From an uncultured candidate division Zixibacteria bacterium (GTDB lineage: Bacteria; Zixibacteria; MSB-5A5; UBA10806; 4484-95), in assembly GCA_963668625.2 (NCBI GenBank), contig CAXXKA010000005.1, positions 96,001 to 160,000 of the forward strand: a DNA stretch of 64,000 nt, in the 5' to 3' direction. Position numbers and translations under genes: made by a program. Shown in pieces: positions 9,622 to 19,934 of the stretch. Position 1 is the stretch's first letter. The number at the start of each line of letters is the position of its first letter. The notes beneath the pieces were generated by a model. That model was given only the letters and a program-made list of their open reading frames with translations, searched no databases and had not been told where the DNA came from.

Positions 9622-9649
9622 AATATAGCCTAATTACACTTAATGTCAA
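9622..9649 (-). promoter_or_regulatory. Putative sigma70 promoter of the LVIVD gene
   Basis: TTGACA-16-TATATT on the minus strand. Confidence 0.45.
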
Positions 9650-9729
9650 TTGAAATCCTCTTTCTATCTTCCGCTTGACTTATCACTATTATATCGATAA
9701 TATTGAACCTGTTGGAAAATATTGCGAAT

Positions 9730-9801
9730 GCCCCCGTAGCTCAGTGGATAGAGCATCGGCCTCCGGAGCCGTGTGCGGCCGTTCGAGTCGGCCCGGGGGT
9801 A
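9730..9801 (+). tRNA. tRNA-Arg(CCG), CCA not encoded
   Basis: Cloverleaf GCCCCCG/CGGGGGT, D arm GCTC..GAGC, anticodon loop CT-CCG-GA, T loop TTCGAGT. Confidence 0.95.
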
Positions 9802-10067
9802 TTTTTACATGAGGAGCAGAAAAAGCAAATTATGGGATCGCCGTAAGGGCGTATTGCCAAACGCCCGGGGAGAGGTCGTGGCGGTCAGGAATCTCCAAAA
9901 TGTTCGAAAGATCGTCAGAACCACAGGGATTTTGACCTACTCTCAAAGCGATGGCAATAATATATTTTCTGACGATAATACATAAATCAGGCAAATTTAG
10001 TGATGATAACCACTCGCCGACCAACCAGTCGGTGTTTAACTTGCAAATAGACAGGAGCCTTAAATAG

Positions 10068-11786
10068 ATGTTCTGGACTAAGACCTTCATCCCGACCCTG
10101 CGCGATGACCCGGCCGATGCCGAATTGGTATCGCATAAGCTTTTAACTCGCGGCGGATATATTCGCAAACTAACCTCCGGCGTGTACAATTATCTCCCCT
10201 TGATGCAGCGAACCATCCACAAAGTCTCGCAAATCGTGCGCGAGGAAATGGACGCCTCCGGGGCGGTAGAGATCACCATGCCGGTACTTCATCCCGCCGA
10301 GATATGGCAGAAAACAGGCCGCTATGAAACAGCCGGCAAAGAGCAGATGCGTCTGAAAGACCGTCACGAGCGCATGATGGTGCTGGGAGCTACCCACGAG
10401 GAGGTAGTGACCACGATGGCGGCTGGTGAGCTACGAAGCTACCGCCAGGTGCCTCTGAACCTCTATCAGATACAGGTCAAGTTCAGGGATGAGATCCGCC
10501 CCCGTTTCGGCCTTATGCGTGGACGGGAGTTCATCATGAAAGACGCTTATTCCTTTGATGTCGATGAGGAGGGTTTGAAAGTTGCCTATAGAAAAATGGC
10601 CGAGGCGTATTTCAAAGCTTTCAAACGCTGCGGACTGGAGGTTAAGATGGTCGAGTCCGATGTCGGTGTAATGGGTGGATTCGCGGCGCATGAGTTCATG
10701 GTGCCGGTGACAACCGCCGGCGGCGAGGAGGTAATCCTCTCCTGCAATAGTTGCGATTACACCGCCAATGTCGAGAAAGCCCAGTCTGTTCCCCGCATGG
10801 ATGAGAAACCTCGCGAAGAGGAGAAAAAGCAGATGGAGATGATGATTACGCCTGATATGCGTAGCATCGAGGAGGTAACCGAATACCTTCGCAAACCCGC
10901 CGAGAAGTTAGTGAAAACCATTATTTATATGGCCGATGGCGAACCCGTTGCCGCCTTAATCCGCGGCGACCGCGAAATCAACGAGGTCAAGCTCAAAAAC
11001 CATCTCAGATGCCTGGAATTGGAGATGGCCGAGCCCGAGACTATCATAAAGCTTACCGGGGCTAATGTTGGATTCTCCGGGCCGGTTGGGTTAACCGGTG
11101 CTCGGATCGTTGCCGATCATGAGATCAGGAGCATGTTCAATTTCGTGGTTGGCGCCAACAAGGATGATACCCATATCATCAATGTCAATCTCGATAATTT
11201 CAGTGTCGATGATTGGGTTGAGATCAGAAACGCAGAGGCGGGGGAGATTTGCCCGCGCTGCGCTAAAGGATATCTCGAGGCGTTCTCGGGTATCGAGGTG
11301 GGCAACCTGTTTATGCTGGGCACCAAGTATTCAGAATCGCTGGGGGCTTTATTTACCGATGAAAAAGGCGAGGAGAAACCGTTTGTCATGGGTTCCTACG
11401 GTATCGGCATAACCCGCACTGCGCAGGCGGCTGTCGAGGCTTATCATGATGAGAAAGGTATAGTCTGGCCGAAAACTATTGCGCCTTATGATTTCCATAT
11501 AGTGCCGCTGTCATGGAACAGTGAGAAACAACGTGATATCGTAGAGGATTTGACCGGCAAGCTCGAGGCCGAGGGATTCTCGATACTCATCGATGACCGT
11601 GATGAGCGCCCCGGAGTGAAATTCAACGATTCCGATCTGATCGGTATGCCGGTTCGTATTGCAATTGGCGATCGCGGCCTTAAAGAGGGAGTTATCGAGG
11701 TGCTAACCCGTCACGATATGAAGATGGAAAAAGTACCGGTTGAGAAAGCCGCCGAGATGGCCATAGAAGCCTGGAAAGCACTGTAG
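10068..11786 (+). CDS. proS: Proline--tRNA ligase (bacterial type with INS editing domain)
   Basis: FRDEIRPRFGLMRGREFIMKDAYSF, GIEVGNLFMLG, MGSYGIGITR. Confidence 0.97.
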   Translation: MFWTKTFIPTLRDDPADAELVSHKLLTRGGYIRKLTSGVYNYLPLMQRTIHKVSQIVREEMDASGAVEITMPVLHPAEIWQKTGRYETAGKEQMRLKDRHERMMVLGATHEEVVTTMAAGELRSYRQVPLNLYQIQVKFRDEIRPRFGLMRGREFIMKDAYSFDVDEEGLKVAYRKMAEAYFKAFKRCGLEVKMVESDVGVMGGFAAHEFMVPVTTAGGEEVILSCNSCDYTANVEKAQSVPRMDEKPREEEKKQMEMMITPDMRSIEEVTEYLRKPAEKLVKTIIYMADGEPVAALIRGDREINEVKLKNHLRCLELEMAEPETIIKLTGANVGFSGPVGLTGARIVADHEIRSMFNFVVGANKDDTHIINVNLDNFSVDDWVEIRNAEAGEICPRCAKGYLEAFSGIEVGNLFMLGTKYSESLGALFTDEKGEEKPFVMGSYGIGITRTAQAAVEAYHDEKGIVWPKTIAPYDFHIVPLSWNSEKQRDIVEDLTGKLEAEGFSILIDDRDERPGVKFNDSDLIGMPVRIAIGDRGLKEGVIEVLTRHDMKMEKVPVEKAAEMAIEAWKAL

Positions 11787-11879
11787 GATTTTAGAGCAAC
11801 TGATATAAATTACATTAAGAACCCGGACAGGGTACATAATGTAGATCAAAACCCATGTGGTTTTGACGAGCGTCTTTAT

Positions 11880-11959
11880 GTGGGAGGCCGATGTTTTCAT
11901 CTGCCTATGTCCAAGGTCTGCTACTCTTAAGCAGCAGACGAGGACGTCTGCCAGCCACA
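11880..11959. repeat. REP-like inverted pair (GTGGCTGGCAGACGTCCTCGTCTGC family)
   Basis: TGTGGGAGGCCGATGTTTTCATCTGCC ... GCAGACGAGGACGTCTGCCAGCCACA; related copies near 12159-12238 and 22469. Confidence 0.55.
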
Positions 11960-12285
11960 GTATTATTATGTAGGGTAGAGTATATACTATTAAAAATTGT
12001 TAAAAATAATCTTTAAACTCCAAACTCCGGTTTGATATTTATATAGGTAATTGTTCTTCCTTCTCGTTACCAAACTATATTTGGTAATGCCTGTATTTGA
12101 GAAACTCCGTTTCGATATATTGGAGGGGATGTACTTTCTTCTAAATTAGCAAAATATGGTGGCTGGCGAACATCCTCGTATGACGCTTAATTGTAGAAAT
12201 GCTTTTTCATGGTGCCGATGAGGGTATTTTCCGCCCACGAAGTAAAAGCACACAGGTAACCGTATACCCGACTATAATTCGATAG

Positions 12286-12366
12286 CTAAGATAATTGCGC
12301 GATTACCGGCACGACGGCAATCATAAATATCATAATCGCGATAAACAAAATCATTCGTTTTGCCAA
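12286..12366 (-). pseudogene. Orphan signal-peptide-only ORF (26 aa), probable remnant of a secreted-protein gene
   Basis: TAAGGAGG RBS, TTG start, MAKRMILFIAIMIFMIAVVPVIAQLS then TAG. Confidence 0.4.
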
Positions 12367-12575
12367 TTGTGTCCTCCTTATTATACTATCCATACTTCTT
12401 ATTTATAAAGCAATCCCCATGCCATCATTATTTGTGTTGATAAATAACGAGTTACAATTTCAGCTATCCACTACGGTGTGTTTAACTGAACACGCCTGTA
12501 TAATATTTGAAACATTTCCATGTAATTTACAATTACTATTTATATATCACTTTTCACTACTGTCCGGTCTTTTCA

Positions 12576-12673
12576 TCTCGTTGCGAAGCGCTGCTTCGCA
12601 ACGTGGCTTGTTTGCCGGCAGAATGCGCATTCTACATGATTCAAGAAGGTTTCCAAGCAGCGCTTGGAAACCA
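12576..12673. repeat. ~100-bp double-hairpin repeat (BIME/MITE-like)
   Basis: TTGCGAAGCGCTGCTTCGCAA plus TTTCCAAGCAGCGCTTGGAAA; inverted copy at 22341-22428, partial copies near 12062 and 35405. Confidence 0.75.
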
Positions 12674-12912
12674 GAAAACCAAGCCTAACATCGGCAGGAT
12701 ATGTCAGGATGAATGATACGCTGAATAAAATAATTATATCGGAAAATATTTTTCATTAACAATTCCAAGGAGAAATTTAAAATTTAACGAAAAACACCGG
12801 ACACTAGTGATCACTTTTCATAATGAAATAGTGGAAAGAATTATAATCAAAATATAATACGTTGTGACGATATAGGAATACGTTAAGTAAATAATAAGTC
12901 TCGGGGGAAAAC

Positions 12913-13473
12913 ATGACTAATGGTACAAATAACTCTGATGATGAACAGAATTTAATTAAACAGGTATTTAAAGGTTTAATGCATGAAGAGAAACACGATA
13001 AATTCAAATATGAACATAATATCTCGCGCTATCTTCACGATTTCTTGATCATCGCTATTTTGACATTAGTAGTAATATTTATTGCTCGCCACTATGATTT
13101 AATGGAGATGATAACCGAGTTCACCCATCATCATGAGGATTGGGAACTAGATGAATTCTTAGCAGTAATGCTTTTTTGGGCTCTCAGTTTTGCAGTGTTC
13201 TCTTATCGACGCGCTAAAGAACTTCGTAAATCTCAAAAGGTACTTATCGACGCCAATATTGATTTAATCGATGCGATGGCGGAGATCAAAAAGCTTAAAG
13301 GCATTATACCGATTTGCGCATCATGCAAGAAAGTCCGTGATGACGGCGGTTACTGGCAGCAGGTGGAGATGTACATAAAAGACCACTCCGATGCCGAGTT
13401 CAGTCATGGTATCTGCCCCGATTGCGCTCGTGAGCTATACCCGGATATCAAACTGGATGAATCAGCTACATAA
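12913..13473 (+). CDS. Two-TM membrane protein with a C-terminal CxxC...CxxC putative Zn-binding domain
   Basis: LKGIIPICASCKKVRDDGGYWQQVE...FSHGICPDC, a domain commonly found on response regulators and sensors. Confidence 0.75.
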   Translation: MTNGTNNSDDEQNLIKQVFKGLMHEEKHDKFKYEHNISRYLHDFLIIAILTLVVIFIARHYDLMEMITEFTHHHEDWELDEFLAVMLFWALSFAVFSYRRAKELRKSQKVLIDANIDLIDAMAEIKKLKGIIPICASCKKVRDDGGYWQQVEMYIKDHSDAEFSHGICPDCARELYPDIKLDESAT

Positions 13474-13538
13474 TAAAAAACCTGACTGACCAATCATGAT
13501 TAACTATACATCCATTTATAGCAAATAATACCGCATAA

Positions 13539-14204
13539 TTACTTACATCCCTCCAACCAAACATCCAGCCATGATGATGGCCGCTTGCCTTTATCAACCA
13601 GATTCTTTATTCGCCTCACTCGTTCTTTATTTGCCTCAGGAGCGCCGACAATATTTACCGTTTTCGGCGCGATGAGCATTGCCACGATCGATATATACTC
13701 ATCCCGCGTAAGCTCGGAATACTCTTTGTCATAATATATTCGAGCGGCATCGGCAAACCCGATTACCTGAATGCCGTTAACACTCCCTAAATACATCTTA
13801 TTGATGAATAACCTCAACTGGTTTCGTTTGGAAACGAGTGGATGTAATACGAATGCGGCTATTAAAGTTTGTCTGATTTTGGCGAAACCGGGTTTGAAAC
13901 TCTTAAAGTAATACTTTTTAACCAGCGCCTGGGTTATCGTCGTCCAGCCCGCCCCCGGTGTTTTAAGGTCGTAACCCGAATGACCATAAAAGTTAGGATC
14001 CTCAACGGTGAGAAGGATATGAAATTGGTCGGATGACAAATCATCCACACTGAGTTCCAGAGCATCCCCCGAACTCAGGTCACTTATTATTTTTCCTGTC
14101 TGGTAGTGTGCATGAAATACGACAGCAAAAGAGTAAACGACGAACACCAGTATCAACATGACCAGTGCCAGACCTGAGAACTTTAATATTTTAATGATAA
14201 GCAC
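13539..14204 (-). CDS. Monofunctional transglycosylase (GT51) domain protein
   Basis: EDPNFYGHSGYD (motif 1), TTITQALVK (motif 2), GFADAARIYY; N-terminal TM helix. Confidence 0.8.
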   Translation of the reverse strand: MLIIKILKFSGLALVMLILVFVVYSFAVVFHAHYQTGKIISDLSSGDALELSVDDLSSDQFHILLTVEDPNFYGHSGYDLKTPGAGWTTITQALVKKYYFKSFKPGFAKIRQTLIAAFVLHPLVSKRNQLRLFINKMYLGSVNGIQVIGFADAARIYYDKEYSELTRDEYISIVAMLIAPKTVNIVGAPEANKERVRRIKNLVDKGKRPSSWLDVWLEGCK

Positions 14205-14262
14205 AACTTATCCCGCGCCGGATAAGTATTTAATCGACTATATAAGAAATTGTTCCCCGAAA

Positions 14263-14595
14263 TTAAACGCTCAGTCGATTCGTATATTCGGATGATATCT
14301 CCACCGGTTCGTAGTATATCGGTCGTCCCATATCCTTGAACGAGAAATTGTAAAATACATTATGTCCGTTGTAATCGAGAACACGAAGATCATCGGATTG
14401 CTTGACATCATTGAGAACCGCCGTGAAATGCGCCCCGTATTTCTCCCTGACCTGCTTGATCGGCAGATCGTAAGCAATGAATTTTTCCACACCCTTATTA
14501 TGCAGCTTCCTCACGAACGCCGGATCAGTCACCGATTCGAAAGTGGTAATCAGCAGGATCGGGCCGGTACCGGTAAACATCAACAGAGTTTTCAT
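14263..14595 (-). CDS. Hypothetical cytosolic protein
   Basis: 110-aa ORF with a G-rich RBS, co-oriented directly downstream of the YbaK-family gene. Confidence 0.7.
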   Translation of the reverse strand: MKTLLMFTGTGPILLITTFESVTDPAFVRKLHNKGVEKFIAYDLPIKQVREKYGAHFTAVLNDVKQSDDLRVLDYNGHNVFYNFSFKDMGRPIYYEPVEISSEYTNRLSV

Positions 14596-14630
14596 ACTAT
14601 CGCCCCCTTTCCATTGATATTTTTTATTTA

Positions 14631-15101
14631 TTAGTCATAAGTATAGGAGAATTTCAACACTTTTGGTCCTACCAATCGTTCATAATCGCGGTAGGTCATA
14701 CGTATCATATCCGTATGGTTGCAAGCGTTGAAAGTAATCTCCTCATCCTCCGTAAGCTTTTCTGCAACTAACACTCCCATGCCATATAGATTGCCGAATG
14801 GTGGCATAGCGCCGATATCACAGTCGGGGAAGAGGTCTTTGAATTCCTGCTCGGTGGCCAGCTCGGCTTTCTCGACGCCAATTACATGCTTTAGCTGCTC
14901 GAAATCGATATTAAACGAGGCAGGCAGCACCGCCATGAACATCCTGCCATCAAGTTTGACTATCACCGTCTTTGCCATCTCCTTGCCCGGGATATGCGCG
15001 GTGGCGGCTGCCTCCTGGGCGGTATAGGCTCGGCTGTGAGTCAGTTGCTTGTACTTAACACTGTTTTGATCGAGAAATTCAATCAACCTGTTGATTGGCA
15101 T
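14631..15101 (-). CDS. YbaK/EbsC family aminoacyl-tRNA deacylase-like protein
   Basis: AKTVIVK, FPDCDIGAMPPFGNLYG. Confidence 0.88.
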   Translation of the reverse strand: MPINRLIEFLDQNSVKYKQLTHSRAYTAQEAAATAHIPGKEMAKTVIVKLDGRMFMAVLPASFNIDFEQLKHVIGVEKAELATEQEFKDLFPDCDIGAMPPFGNLYGMGVLVAEKLTEDEEITFNACNHTDMIRMTYRDYERLVGPKVLKFSYTYD

Positions 15102-15379
15102 ATTACCCCCTTTCAGATTATTAAATGAATCATTAAAGTTTTAATAAAAAAATATAGAATGATGCTTTATTTCTTGATGTTTATCTGATACAAATAAACT
15201 TAATCGAACTTTCTTGTCAACTAAATAATGCATGTTAACATTCATGACAATGCTTGATTACTCTTGCGATAAGCATTAATATTTTCTTATATTATGATTT
15301 TATGTTTCTTTAATCATCTCATTTTGGGATGTGATTACCTGAAATATGACATTCGAATCAGAGCAACGAAAGGAATCGC

Positions 15380-16228
15380 ATGAAACTCGGCGATATTGAA
15401 CTTATATCGATATTTGAAAATAAATTCAAAATAGATGCAGCCTCGGTGTTTGGCGTAGTACCGAAAGTTATCTGGCAGAAAATGGCGCAAACCGATGATT
15501 ATAATCGTATCACTATGGACATTAACCCATTGATCATCCGTGCGGGAAATGAGCTACTGGTAATCGATACCGGTTTCGGCGATACCATGACCGAAAAGCA
15601 AAACATGATGTTCGGGGTAGAGGCGCCCAGCCAGTGGGATAACGAGTTGGATAAGCATGGGATATCACCGGAGGATATCACCGGTGTGATATTCACTCAT
15701 CTCCACGCTGACCATGCTCTTGGCGCGTTGAGGAAAGGCGGTGATGGCAACCCGGAGCTTCGCTTTCCCAACGCTAAACTGTACGCCCAGAAAATCGAAT
15801 GGCAGGATGCTATCAATCCTAACGAGCGCACCGCCGCAACTTATCATGCAGATAAACTGAGGTTGTTCGAGGACTCCGGCAAGCTGGAACTTATAGAGGG
15901 CGATACCGAGCTGTTCCCGGGTTTAAGCCTGAAATTATTGGGTGGTCACACACCCGGTACGCAGGGTATTATTATTGACAGCGATGGGCAAAGGGTTATC
16001 TACCCAAGTGATATCATGCCCAATTCATACAATATCAAAATACCCTATGTCGGTGCAGTCGATCTCGATCCGATTACCACGATGGATCGTAAACGCTGGC
16101 TTACTCGAAAGCTTTTAGAGGATGATTGGACTATTGCATTCGATCATGATTGCGATATGCGGTTCGCTAAGTTTACTACTGATGAAAAAGGCAAAGTTAA
16201 AGCCATAAATCACCCTGATATGGCTTAA
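15380..16228 (+). CDS. Metallo-beta-lactamase-fold hydrolase (YtnP-like)
   Basis: IDTG, THLHADHA, GHTPG; FGVVPKVIW typical of the YtnP family. Confidence 0.88.
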   Translation: MKLGDIELISIFENKFKIDAASVFGVVPKVIWQKMAQTDDYNRITMDINPLIIRAGNELLVIDTGFGDTMTEKQNMMFGVEAPSQWDNELDKHGISPEDITGVIFTHLHADHALGALRKGGDGNPELRFPNAKLYAQKIEWQDAINPNERTAATYHADKLRLFEDSGKLELIEGDTELFPGLSLKLLGGHTPGTQGIIIDSDGQRVIYPSDIMPNSYNIKIPYVGAVDLDPITTMDRKRWLTRKLLEDDWTIAFDHDCDMRFAKFTTDEKGKVKAINHPDMA

Positions 16229-16281
16229 TGTGACACTTTAGAATAGATATATAACACTAATAACGACAGCATATTAAAGGG

Positions 16282-17838
16282 ATGACTATGGACCTTGAGG
16301 CGAAAATTAAGATGCTTGAACAGATGCGCGCCAAAGCCCGTTTGGGTGGAGGCGAAAAGCGTATCGAAAAGCAGCATAAAAAAGGCAAACTGACAGCTCG
16401 CGAAAGAGTTGAACTTCTGCTGGATGAAAACTCATTCGAGGAGTTCGATATGTTCATGACCCACCGAACGCAGGGATTTGGGCTGGAGAAAGAGAAATAC
16501 CTGGGTGATGGCGTAATTACCGGCTACGGTACTATCGATGGCCGACTGGTTTTCGTGTTCAGTCAGGATTTCACCGTGTTCGGCGGCACGTTGTCTGAGG
16601 CCTTTGCCGAGAAGATCTGCAAAATCATGGATATGGCGCTGAAAGTGGGCGCGCCGGTTATCGGCCTTAACGACTCGGGTGGCGCGCGTATCCAGGAAGG
16701 CGTCGTTTCGCTTGGCGGTTATGCCGATATTTTTCTGCGCAATACTCTCGTCTCCGGTGTTATCCCGCAAATTTCTGTTATCATGGGCCCCTGTGCGGGT
16801 GGAGCTGTTTACTCGCCGGCGATAACCGATTTTACGATCATGACTCGCAACACCTCTTTCATGTTCGTGACAGGCCCTAACGTGGTTAAAACCGTCACGC
16901 ACGAGGATGTCTCGTTCGAGGAGTTGGGCGGCGCCGATACCCATGCCTCCAAGTCGGGCGTATCTCATTTCGCCTGCGAAAACGAAGTTGAGTCGATACA
17001 ATGTACCCGAAAACTTTTCAGCTTTTTACCACTTAACAATATGGAGGACCCGCCGGTTGTCGAATGCAGCGATCCGGCTGATCGAACTGATGTTGAGCTT
17101 AACACCATAGTCCCCGAAAATCCCAACAAGCCATATGATATTAAGGATGTTATCACTCGTGTCGTTGATGACGGTGACTTTTTCGAGGTACACGCCGACT
17201 ACGCGATGAATATAGTCGTTGGCTTTGCCCGTCTGGATGGCCACTCGATCGGTATAATAGCCAATCAACCGGCACATCTAGCCGGCGTACTTGATATCGA
17301 CAGCTCGATTAAAGCCGCGCGTTTCGTAAGGTTTTGTGATAGCTTCAATATCCCCCTGGTTACATTCGAGGATGTCCCCGGATTCCTGCCCGGAACGGCC
17401 CAGGAGCACGGCGGAATAATCAAGCACGGCGCGAAACTACTATATGCTTATTGCGAGGCCACAGTTCCGAAACTGACCGTGATAACCCGCAAAGCCTACG
17501 GCGGCGCTTATGATGTTATGTCCTCCAAGCACATTCGTGGCGATATCAACTACGCCTGGCCAACAGCGGAAGTTGCGGTGATGGGGCCTAAAGGCGCGGC
17601 CGAGATCATTTTCAAAAGAGAGATTGCCGAGGCGAAAAATCCCGAGGAAGCTTTAAAGCAAAAAGAGGAGGAGTACCGCGAGATGTTTGCCACGCCGTTT
17701 AAAGCGGCCGAGCGCGGTTATATAGATGATATAATCATGCCGGAAAGCACCCGCCCGAGATTAATCAGGGCGCTTAAGATGTGCGAGAACAAGCGCGATA
17801 CCAATCCGCCCAAAAAGCATGGCAATATTCCGTTGTAA
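16282..17838 (+). CDS. pccB: Acyl-CoA carboxyltransferase beta chain (propionyl-CoA carboxylase / methylmalonyl-CoA decarboxylase)
   Basis: [38 protein letters not shown]. Confidence 0.92.
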   Translation: MTMDLEAKIKMLEQMRAKARLGGGEKRIEKQHKKGKLTARERVELLLDENSFEEFDMFMTHRTQGFGLEKEKYLGDGVITGYGTIDGRLVFVFSQDFTVFGGTLSEAFAEKICKIMDMALKVGAPVIGLNDSGGARIQEGVVSLGGYADIFLRNTLVSGVIPQISVIMGPCAGGAVYSPAITDFTIMTRNTSFMFVTGPNVVKTVTHEDVSFEELGGADTHASKSGVSHFACENEVESIQCTRKLFSFLPLNNMEDPPVVECSDPADRTDVELNTIVPENPNKPYDIKDVITRVVDDGDFFEVHADYAMNIVVGFARLDGHSIGIIANQPAHLAGVLDIDSSIKAARFVRFCDSFNIPLVTFEDVPGFLPGTAQEHGGIIKHGAKLLYAYCEATVPKLTVITRKAYGGAYDVMSSKHIRGDINYAWPTAEVAVMGPKGAAEIIFKREIAEAKNPEEALKQKEEEYREMFATPFKAAERGYIDDIIMPESTRPRLIRALKMCENKRDTNPPKKHGNIPL

Positions 17839-17955
17839 TGAAAGATAACAAATCTAAGATGATTATATAATCGGTGGCTAGCCTGAGTCACCGGTTTAGC
17901 CGGTGTGCACATTTATTCGATATATTCATATTTGGAATGACAGCCCCGGTGGATA

Positions 17956-18263
17956 TTATCGCCGACTGATAAATTTGAATAGCAATACAAAGCCTCAATG
18001 TCATCCCGGACTTGATCCGGGATCCAGGGTTGGCGGCAGCTAAGGCAAGTTATCCAGCAGTTCATGCTATTTGCGATTGTAACTATATACACGGGTTAGT
18101 CGGGGCCATGGCTCGCCGATCTACGGGTCATTATGCCACTTATCGCCGACTGATAAATTTGAATAATGATAAAAAACCTCAATGTCATCCCGGACTTGAT
18201 CCGGGATCCAGGGTTGGCTGCAGTTAAGGTTAGTTATCCAGCAGTTCATGCTATTTACGATTG
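17956..18263. repeat. Direct repeat (two ~124-bp copies, 184-bp period) containing palindrome GTCATCCCGGACTTGATCCGGGATCCAG
   Basis: 17956-18079 vs 18140-18263; degenerate third copy near 49001-49080. Confidence 0.85.
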
Positions 18264-18540
18264 GCTCTGTATCTGTCAGAAATCCCCGCCTGACGCTTGA
18301 ATGAGGTAGAATCGAGAGAGGCGAAAGATGAGGATATTCTCCGGTTAATGTCTGTGTTACCGCAAATATCCGATAATGCTATCTATAAAAACCTCAAATA
18401 TGACAACAACTTACAATAACTCGCTGATTTTCCTTGTATTTTCATTATATTACTATAAATTACTTGGCTACCAGAGATTTATTGAACCGTTCTCTGGTAT
18501 ATAGTAGTATTATAATAAAGGCAGTGTAATCGTTTGCAAT

Positions 18541-19269
18541 ATGGAAAAGATGAGAATAAATAAATACCTGGCCCGCTCCGGGGTGGCCTCACGCCGTCAC
18601 GCCGATAACCTTATCCTTCAGGGACGTGTTAAAATAAACGGTATACTGGTGAATCAGCTCGGTATACAGGTGCAGGATAATAAGGATGTAGTCGAGGTTG
18701 ATGGCAAAATAGTCTCGCCGGAAAAAGGTAGTTTCTACTTGATGCTGAACAAACCGACAGGTTACCTGGTCTCGACCCGCGACCCTCATCATAAAAGACT
18801 GGTTACCTCGTTGTTGAAAGGCTATAGAGGTAAGGTTTTTCCGGTTGGACGGCTCGATTATGACTCCTCCGGTTTGCTTTTATTTACTAATGACGGCGAC
18901 CTGGCTTTCCGATTAAGCCATCCCCGGTTTAAGCTAAAGAAAACTTATGATGTTATCTGCGAGGGCAAAATCGATCCCGAATCGCTTAAGAAGCTCGAGC
19001 AGGGGATTGAACTGGATGACGGCAAAACCGCGCCATCCAACGCGCTCCTGATCCATACCGGTGAGAAAACCAGCCAGGTGCATATAACAATCCACGAGGG
19101 CAAGAAACGCCAGGTACGCAGGATGTTCGAGATTATCGGGTATCCCGTCAAAATGCTCAAGCGCATATCATACGGGAATTTGCGGCTGGGGAATCTCTCC
19201 GAGGGGAGTTTCGTACAGCTCAAACGCGGCCAGTTGAAAAAGCTAAGATCAATGGTGGGATTGAAATAA
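18541..19269 (+). CDS. rluB: rRNA pseudouridine synthase (RluB/RsuA family, S4 domain)
   Basis: RINKYLARSGVASRR, PVGRLDYDSSGLLLFTNDG, EGKKRQVRRM. Confidence 0.88.
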   Translation: MEKMRINKYLARSGVASRRHADNLILQGRVKINGILVNQLGIQVQDNKDVVEVDGKIVSPEKGSFYLMLNKPTGYLVSTRDPHHKRLVTSLLKGYRGKVFPVGRLDYDSSGLLLFTNDGDLAFRLSHPRFKLKKTYDVICEGKIDPESLKKLEQGIELDDGKTAPSNALLIHTGEKTSQVHITIHEGKKRQVRRMFEIIGYPVKMLKRISYGNLRLGNLSEGSFVQLKRGQLKKLRSMVGLK

Positions 19270-19934
19270 TGGGAAACAAAGTTGTTTTGGATGGCCCGGC
19301 TGGTTCGGGGAAAAGCACGACCGCAATCGAATTATCAAAAAGACTCGGCTATATATATCTCGATACCGGCGCGATGTATCGCGCCTTGACAGTTAAATTC
19401 CTACGTAACGGCAAGGAATTACTGGAAAATACAGCCTGCCTTGATCTGGCTCTGGAGCATACCTCGATAGACCTGAAACCCTCAGACAATGGTCTGCTGG
19501 TTTTTCTGGATGATGAGGATGTTACTGAACCGATTCGTTCCGACGAGGTGGATGGTTTCGTATCCGAGGTGGCCGCGGTCGATAAAATCCGCGAGTTCAT
19601 GCATGTCTTACAACGTAAATTCGCCGAATCGCACGATATAGTCGCCGAGGGCAGGGATCTGGGCACGTTCGTTTTTCCCGATGCCGATGTTAAAATATTT
19701 CTGGTTGCCGATCTGGACGAGCGCGCTAAAAGAAGGTTGATTCAGAAGAACGCCGGTGATGATGAAATTCAGGCGTTTAAAGCTAACCTGGCCAAGCGCG
19801 ATAAGATCGACTCTGGCCGTGAGCACTCGCCTCTTAAAAAGGCGGATGACGCAATCGAGCTTGACACCACCAATCTGACATTCGAGCAGCAAGTAGAAAA
19901 GATACTTGAGATATGTCATCAAAAAATAAAGTAA
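19269..19934 (+). CDS. cmk: Cytidylate kinase
   Basis: DGPAGSGKST, YLDTGAMYRA, AEGRDLGT. Confidence 0.95.
   Translation: MGNKVVLDGPAGSGKSTTAIELSKRLGYIYLDTGAMYRALTVKFLRNGKELLENTACLDLALEHTSIDLKPSDNGLLVFLDDEDVTEPIRSDEVDGFVSEVAAVDKIREFMHVLQRKFAESHDIVAEGRDLGTFVFPDADVKIFLVADLDERAKRRLIQKNAGDDEIQAFKANLAKRDKIDSGREHSPLKKADDAIELDTTNLTFEQQVEKILEICHQKIK

Noticed and set aside
9730-9801. Integrative element at tRNA-Arg
   Set aside because: No integrase and no duplicated tRNA 3' end seen.
9773-9985. 70-aa ORF after the tRNA
   Set aside because: Starts inside the tRNA and runs through a REP-like palindrome.
18012-18227. 71-aa ORF ending in CHPGLDPGSR
   Set aside because: Translation of the palindromic repeat; no RBS.
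17956-18263. CRISPR array
   Set aside because: Only two adjacent copies, repeat ~124 bp, no cas genes.
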